Of a stretch of 64,000 nt of DNA, positions 59,143-64,000 are shown piece after piece. Both the position numbers and the translations under genes were made by a program. The DNA is taken from positions 512,001-576,000 of the forward strand of contig CAVOKF010000005.1 of the NCBI GenBank assembly GCA_963696385.1. The letters run 5' to 3'. The stretch is from an uncultured delta proteobacterium (GTDB taxonomy: Bacteria; Myxococcota_A; Polyangia; Polyangiales; Polyangiaceae). How positions within the stretch are numbered: the stretch's first letter is position 1; each line of letters opens with the position of its first letter. The notes under the pieces were generated by a model, which saw only the letters and a program-made list of their open reading frames with translations, did no database searches and was not told the DNA's origin.

Positions 59143-59544
59143 ACGGATGTCGTCGACCCGTGCACGAGTTTCCGGGCTTGGCCCTGCCTGATCCCGTGCA
59201 TACGCAGATGCCTCACTCCGGTGGTTGCTGAGGAGTTCCGCTGCCACACGCCGCAATTTCGTGCGCCCGTTGCCGGCGGCCGCCTCGCAAGAGGTCTCCG
59301 TGGCCTTGGCGGCTGGGGACGAGCCCGATTCGGGGGGATCGTCGGGACACGATTCTTCTAGGGGCCAATAGGTCGATTCAAGCGTTCGCTTTCCCGCGAA
59401 GGCGCGGGGCGAAACCTGCCCGACTCCATGGCAGAGGACGGCAAGAAATAGTGGCTGTGCGCAGCCGTGCGATAGGTGCTTACGCACCAACCAACCCCGT
59501 GTCATAGTCGGTTGTCGCTGGCAGGAGCCGGCAACAGGATCGTC

Positions 59545-62500
59545 ATGTCCAACAATGTGGCCTCCGATTCGAAGTCCGCGGTTCCGGAGGCGCCCCGTTC
59601 GCCCCCGAAAGACGACGTCGCGACGAAACTCGTCGCGCCGAGCGAGGGCTTCGCGCCGAATCGCCCGCACGAAGGCGCGTTTTCCCGCGATCTCCTCGTC
59701 GCCCTGCTGCGGTTCAAAGAAGGCGATTTCAGCGCCCGCCTCGCTTCCGATTTCACCGGCATCGACGGAAAAATTGCCGACGTCTTCAATGAGATTCTGG
59801 GTGTCAGCGCGCGCCGCTCCGTCGAGATCGCGCGTGTGTGCAGAGTGGTGGGCAAGGAGGGCAAGCTCAAGCAGCGCATGAACGTACCGGGCGCCGTCGG
59901 GGGTTGGGCCGATGAGGTCGTATCGCTCAATACGCTCATCGACGATCTGGTCTGGCCGACCACCGAGGTGACGCGCGCCATTGGCGCGGTCGCAAAGGGC
60001 GATCTCACCCAGGCGATGGCGCTCGAGGTCGATGGCAGACCGCTCGAGGGCGAGTTTCTCCGCTCCGCCCAGCTCGTCAACAAGATGATTGACCAGCTGT
60101 CCGTCTTCACCTCCGAGGTGACCCGCGTGGCGCGTGAAGTCGGGACCGAGGGCAAACTCGGTGGCCAGGCCCAAGTGAAGGGCGTCTCGGGCGTGTGGAA
60201 GGACCTGACCGAGTCTGTCAATCAGATGGCCGGCAACCTGACCGCTCAGGTGCGCAACATCGCGGAGGTGACCATCGCCGTCGCAAGTGGCGATCTATCG
60301 AAAAAAATTACGGTCGACGTTCGCGGCGAGATTCTCCAGCTCAAGGAAGCCATCAATACGATGGTCGAACAGCTTCGCTCGTTCGCCTCGGAGGTCACTC
60401 GTGTCGCGCGCGAGGTCGGCACGGAGGGAAAGCTCGGCGGACAAGCGGTTGTCCCGGGCGTTGCAGGAACATGGAAAGATCTCACCGACAACGTCAACTC
60501 GATGGCGTCGAACTTGACGGGCCAGGTGCGCAACATCGCGGAGGTGACCACGGCGGTGGCCCGCGGCGACCTCTCTCGCAAGATCACAGTCGACGTCAAA
60601 GGCGAGATTCTCGAGCTGAAGAACACGATCAACACGATGGTCGACCAGCTCAATGGGTTTGCCTCGGAGGTGTCACGCGTCGCCCGAGAGGTGGGGACCG
60701 AGGGCAAGCTCGGTGGACAGGCCCAAGTGCCCGGCGTGGCCGGCACGTGGAAGGACCTCACCGACAACGTCAACTCGATGGCGTCGAACCTGACCAACCA
60801 GGTGCGCAACATCGCGGAAGTCACGACGGCCGTGGCGCGGGGCGATCTGTCTCGCAAGATTACGGTCGACGTCAAAGGCGAGATTCTTCAGTTGAAAGAC
60901 ACGATCAACACGATGGTCGATCAGCTCAACGGCTTCGCTTCGGAGGTGAGCCGTGTCGCGCGCGAGGTGGGCACCGAAGGCAAGTTGGGAGGCCAGGCGG
61001 TTGTCCCCGGAGTCGCGGGCACGTGGAAGGATCTCACCGACAACGTCAACTCGATGGCGTCCAACTTGACCGGCCAGGTGCGCAACATCGCGGAGGTCAC
61101 GACGGCGGTCGCCAAAGGCGACCTATCGCGCAAGATCACGGTCGACGTCAAAGGCGAGATTCTCGAGCTGAAGAACACGATCAACACGATGGTCGATCAG
61201 CTCAATGGGTTTGCCTCGGAGGTGTCGCGCGTCGCCCGGGAGGTCGGGACCGAGGGCAAGCTCGGCGGCCAGGCCCAGGTGCCCGGCGTGGCCGGCACCT
61301 GGAAGGATCTGACCGACAACGTCAATGCGATGGCCTCGAACCTCACGGGCCAGGTACGCAACATTGCCGATGTCGCGACCGCCATCGCCAACGGTGACCT
61401 GTCGCGCAAGATCACAGTCGACGTCAAAGGCGAGATTCTCGAGCTGAAAAATACGATTAATCGCATGGTCGATCAGCTCAATGCCTTCGCGTCCGAGGTC
61501 ACGCGTGTCGCGAAGGAGGTCGGCACCGAGGGCAAACTCGGCGGTCAGGCCGAGGTCGATGGGGTCGCCGGCGTCTGGAAGAATCTCACGGAGAACGTCA
61601 ACTCGATGGCCTCGAATCTGACCGATCAGGTTCGAAACATCGCCGAGGTGGCGACGGCCGTGGCGCGAGGAGACTTGTCGCGCAAGATCACCGTCGACGT
61701 GAAAGGCGAGATTCTCGCCCTGAAAAACACGATCAACACGATGGTCGATCAGCTCAACGCGTTCGCCTCGGAAGTTTCCCGCGTGGCCCGCGAGGTGGGG
61801 ACCGAGGGCAAGCTCGGTGGCCAGGCCCAGGTGGGCGGCGTTGCCGGCACCTGGAAGGACCTGACCGACAACGTCAATTCGATGGCGTCCAACCTGACCA
61901 ACCAGGTTCGCAATATCGCGGAAGTGACGACCGCGGTCGCCCGCGGCGACTTGTCGCGCAAGATCACCGTCGACGTAAAGGGCGAGATTCTCGAGCTCAA
62001 GAACACCATCAACACGATGGTGGATCAGCTCAACGGGTTCGCCTCCGAGGTCTCTCGCGTCGCCCGCGAAGTGGGGACGGAGGGCAAGCTCGGCGGACAG
62101 GCGCAAGTCCCCGGCGTGGCCGGTACCTGGAAGGATCTCACCGACAACGTCAACTCGATGGCATCCAACCTGACCAACCAGGTTCGCAACATCGCCGACG
62201 TCACCATCGCGGTCGCCAAAGGCGACCTCTCCAAGAAGATCACGGTGGACGTGCGGGGCGAAATCCTTCAGCTCAAAGACACGATCAACACCATGGTCGA
62301 TCAGCTCAACGGGTTCGCCTCCGAGGTCTCTCGCGTGGCTCGCGAGGTGGGCACGGAGGGCAAGCTCGGCGGCCAGGCGCAGGTGCCCGGCGTGGCCGGC
62401 ACCTGGAAGGATCTCACCGACAACGTCAACGCGATGGCTTCGAACCTGACGGGCCAGGTCCGTAACATCGCCGACGTGGCGACCGCGATTGCGCGGGGCG

Positions 62501-64000
62501 ACCTTTCTCGCAAAATCACGGTCGACGTCAAAGGCGAGATTCTCGAGCTGAAGAACACGCTCAACACGATGGTCGATCAGCTCAACGCATTCGCCTCCGA
62601 AGTGTCGCGCGTGGCTCGCGAGGTCGGCACGGAGGGCAAGCTCGGTGGTCAGGCGGTGGTGCCCGGCGTGGCCGGCACCTGGAAGGATCTCACCGACAAC
62701 GTCAACTCGATGGCGTCGAACCTGACCAACCAGGTCCGCAACATCGCCGACGTCACGATCGCCGTCGCGAACGGTGACCTCTCCCGGAAGATCACCGTCG
62801 ACGTTCGCGGCGAGATCCTCCAGTTGAAAGAGGCCATCAACACGATGGTCGAACAGCTGCGCTCGTTCGCCTCCGAAGTCACCCGAGTGGCCCGCGAGGT
62901 AGGGACGGAAGGACGTCTCGGCGTCCAGGCCGTCGTTCCCGGCGTCGCGGGTACCTGGAAGGATCTCACCGACTCGGTCAATGCCATGGGGACGAACCTC
63001 ACGGCCCAGGTGCGCAACATTGCGGAGGTGACGACCGCCGTTGCTCGGGGTGACCTTTCGCGCAAGATCACCGTCGACGTAAAGGGCGAGATTCTCGAGC
63101 TCAAGAACACCATCAACACGATGGTCGATCAATTGCGATCGTTTGCCTCGGAGGTCACGCGTGTCGCCCGCGAGGTCGGCACCGAAGGAAAGCTCGGCGG
63201 CCAGGCCGACGTGCCCGGGGTCGCCGGCACGTGGAAGGATCTCACCGACTCGGTGAACTTCATGGCCGCCAACCTGACCAATCAGGTACGGGGGATCGTC
63301 AAGGTCGTCACCGCGGTTGCCAACGGCAACCTTCGCCAGAAGCTGACGGTAGAGGCCAAAGGCGAGGTCGCGGCGCTCGCCGAAACGATCAACAACATGA
63401 CCGATACGCTGGCGACGTTCGCCGAGCAAGTCACCAACGTCGCACGCGAAGTGGGCGTCGAAGGACGGCTCGGGGGCCAAGCGAACGTTCCGGGTGCCGC
63501 CGGGACGTGGAAGGACCTGACGGGCAACGTGAACTTGCTGGCTGCAAACCTCACCAATCAGGTGCGGGCCATCGCCGATGTCGCAACCGCCGTGACGAAG
63601 GGCGACCTGACCCGATCCATCCGGGTGGAAGCGCGCGGCGAGGTCGCGGAGCTCAAAGACAACATCAACACGATGATCGACAACCTGCGGGGCACGACCG
63701 ATCGCAATCAGGAGCAGGACTGGCTGAAGACCAACCTCGCCAAGTTTACCCGAATGCTCCAAGGCCAGCGCGATCTCGTGACCGTCGGCAGGATGCTCCT
63801 CTCCGAGCTTGCGCCCTTGGTCGATGCGCAGCAGGGCACCATTTACCAGATGGACCGCAGCGAACCCGGCGAGATCCTCGACCGGTCGGGGATGACCCTG
63901 CGCCTTTTGGCGGCCTACGCGCAGCGCGAGGATCAGCCCGATCGCATTGGGCTCGGCGTGGGTCTCGTCGGTCAGGCCGCGGCGGAAAAACAGCGCATTC
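59545..64000 (+). CDS. Poly-HAMP sensor protein, probable hybrid histidine kinase; GAF-like region starts near 63750; truncated by window end and absent from the ORF track
   Basis: ATG 59545 after AGGA; repeated [59 protein letters not shown]; then QDWLKTNL...LQGQRDL. Confidence 0.93.
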   Translation, partial: MSNNVASDSKSAVPEAPRSPPKDDVATKLVAPSEGFAPNRPHEGAFSRDLLVALLRFKEGDFSARLASDFTGIDGKIADVFNEILGVSARRSVEIARVCRVVGKEGKLKQRMNVPGAVGGWADEVVSLNTLIDDLVWPTTEVTRAIGAVAKGDLTQAMALEVDGRPLEGEFLRSAQLVNKMIDQLSVFTSEVTRVAREVGTEGKLGGQAQVKGVSGVWKDLTESVNQMAGNLTAQVRNIAEVTIAVASGDLSKKITVDVRGEILQLKEAINTMVEQLRSFASEVTRVAREVGTEGKLGGQAVVPGVAGTWKDLTDNVNSMASNLTGQVRNIAEVTTAVARGDLSRKITVDVKGEILELKNTINTMVDQLNGFASEVSRVAREVGTEGKLGGQAQVPGVAGTWKDLTDNVNSMASNLTNQVRNIAEVTTAVARGDLSRKITVDVKGEILQLKDTINTMVDQLNGFASEVSRVAREVGTEGKLGGQAVVPGVAGTWKDLTDNVNSMASNLTGQVRNIAEVTTAVAKGDLSRKITVDVKGEILELKNTINTMVDQLNGFASEVSRVAREVGTEGKLGGQAQVPGVAGTWKDLTDNVNAMASNLTGQVRNIADVATAIANGDLSRKITVDVKGEILELKNTINRMVDQLNAFASEVTRVAKEVGTEGKLGGQAEVDGVAGVWKNLTENVNSMASNLTDQVRNIAEVATAVARGDLSRKITVDVKGEILALKNTINTMVDQLNAFASEVSRVAREVGTEGKLGGQAQVGGVAGTWKDLTDNVNSMASNLTNQVRNIAEVTTAVARGDLSRKITVDVKGEILELKNTINTMVDQLNGFASEVSRVAREVGTEGKLGGQAQVPGVAGTWKDLTDNVNSMASNLTNQVRNIADVTIAVAKGDLSKKITVDVRGEILQLKDTINTMVDQLNGFASEVSRVAREVGTEGKLGGQAQVPGVAGTWKDLTDNVNAMASNLTGQVRNIADVATAIARGDLSRKITVDVKGEILELKNTLNTMVDQLNAFASEVSRVAREVGTEGKLGGQAVVPGVAGTWKDLTDNVNSMASNLTNQVRNIADVTIAVANGDLSRKITVDVRGEILQLKEAINTMVEQLRSFASEVTRVAREVGTEGRLGVQAVVPGVAGTWKDLTDSVNAMGTNLTAQVRNIAEVTTAVARGDLSRKITVDVKGEILELKNTINTMVDQLRSFASEVTRVAREVGTEGKLGGQADVPGVAGTWKDLTDSVNFMAANLTNQVRGIVKVVTAVANGNLRQKLTVEAKGEVAALAETINNMTDTLATFAEQVTNVAREVGVEGRLGGQANVPGAAGTWKDLTGNVNLLAANLTNQVRAIADVATAVTKGDLTRSIRVEARGEVAELKDNINTMIDNLRGTTDRNQEQDWLKTNLAKFTRMLQGQRDLVTVGRMLLSELAPLVDAQQGTIYQMDRSEPGEILDRSGMTLRLLAAYAQREDQPDRIGLGVGLVGQAAAEKQRI
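59860..63690 (+). repeat. 276-bp (92-aa) tandem HAMP repeat
   Basis: G(K/R)LG codons recur every 276 nt from 60151 to 63463 (13 units), plus a diverged unit at 59860. Confidence 0.95.

Noticed and set aside
59860..63690. 276-bp repeats as a CRISPR or non-coding array
   Set aside because: They are in-frame coding repeats with synonymous variation and no spacers; no cas genes are present.
57904..63762. Long minus-strand ORFs (57904..60174, 61123..63762) and the repeated 88-aa ORFs
   Set aside because: Antisense shadows of the NtrC and HAMP genes caused by GC-rich codon bias; their repeats simply mirror the HAMP period.

Overview
GC-rich, gene-dense chromosomal window with a myxobacterial character (Polyangiales-like; this is inferred from gene content, e.g. 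a DUF1592/DUF1552-type pair, Ser/Thr kinases, PEGA/TPR proteins and Cys-rich lipoproteins). In order it holds: secreted or lipoprotein genes (1-6.9 kb); ada/alkA-ogt alkylation repair; a hexuronate cluster (phosphoketolase, two GntR paralogues, uxaC, SDR, uxaE, PfkB kinase, LarA-family epimerase) tied together by a shared promoter/operator motif; a family 2A encapsulin operon (XRE-cupin, rhodanese, shell, cargo cysteine desulfurase); an Lnt-like acyltransferase fused to an apparently dead C39-like domain within a surface-protein cluster; a HipA-like kinase/DUF3037 pair; an RND efflux operon; a VOC gene behind a candidate attenuator; GH5/START/GH38 genes; and a signalling plus alpha-glucan block (pseudokinase, stand-alone PTS EI-like protein, treZ, kinase-REC, malQ, NtrC-type regulator, and a giant poly-HAMP sensor cut by the window end). 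Three genes carry single-base frameshifts, probably sequencing indels. I saw no rRNA, tRNA, CRISPR array or transposase. Best candidates for new biology are a co-regulated UxaC-UxaE-reductase-LarA-kinase-phosphoketolase pathway and the Lnt::C39-like fusion. All family calls come from motif recognition by eye; no database search was run.
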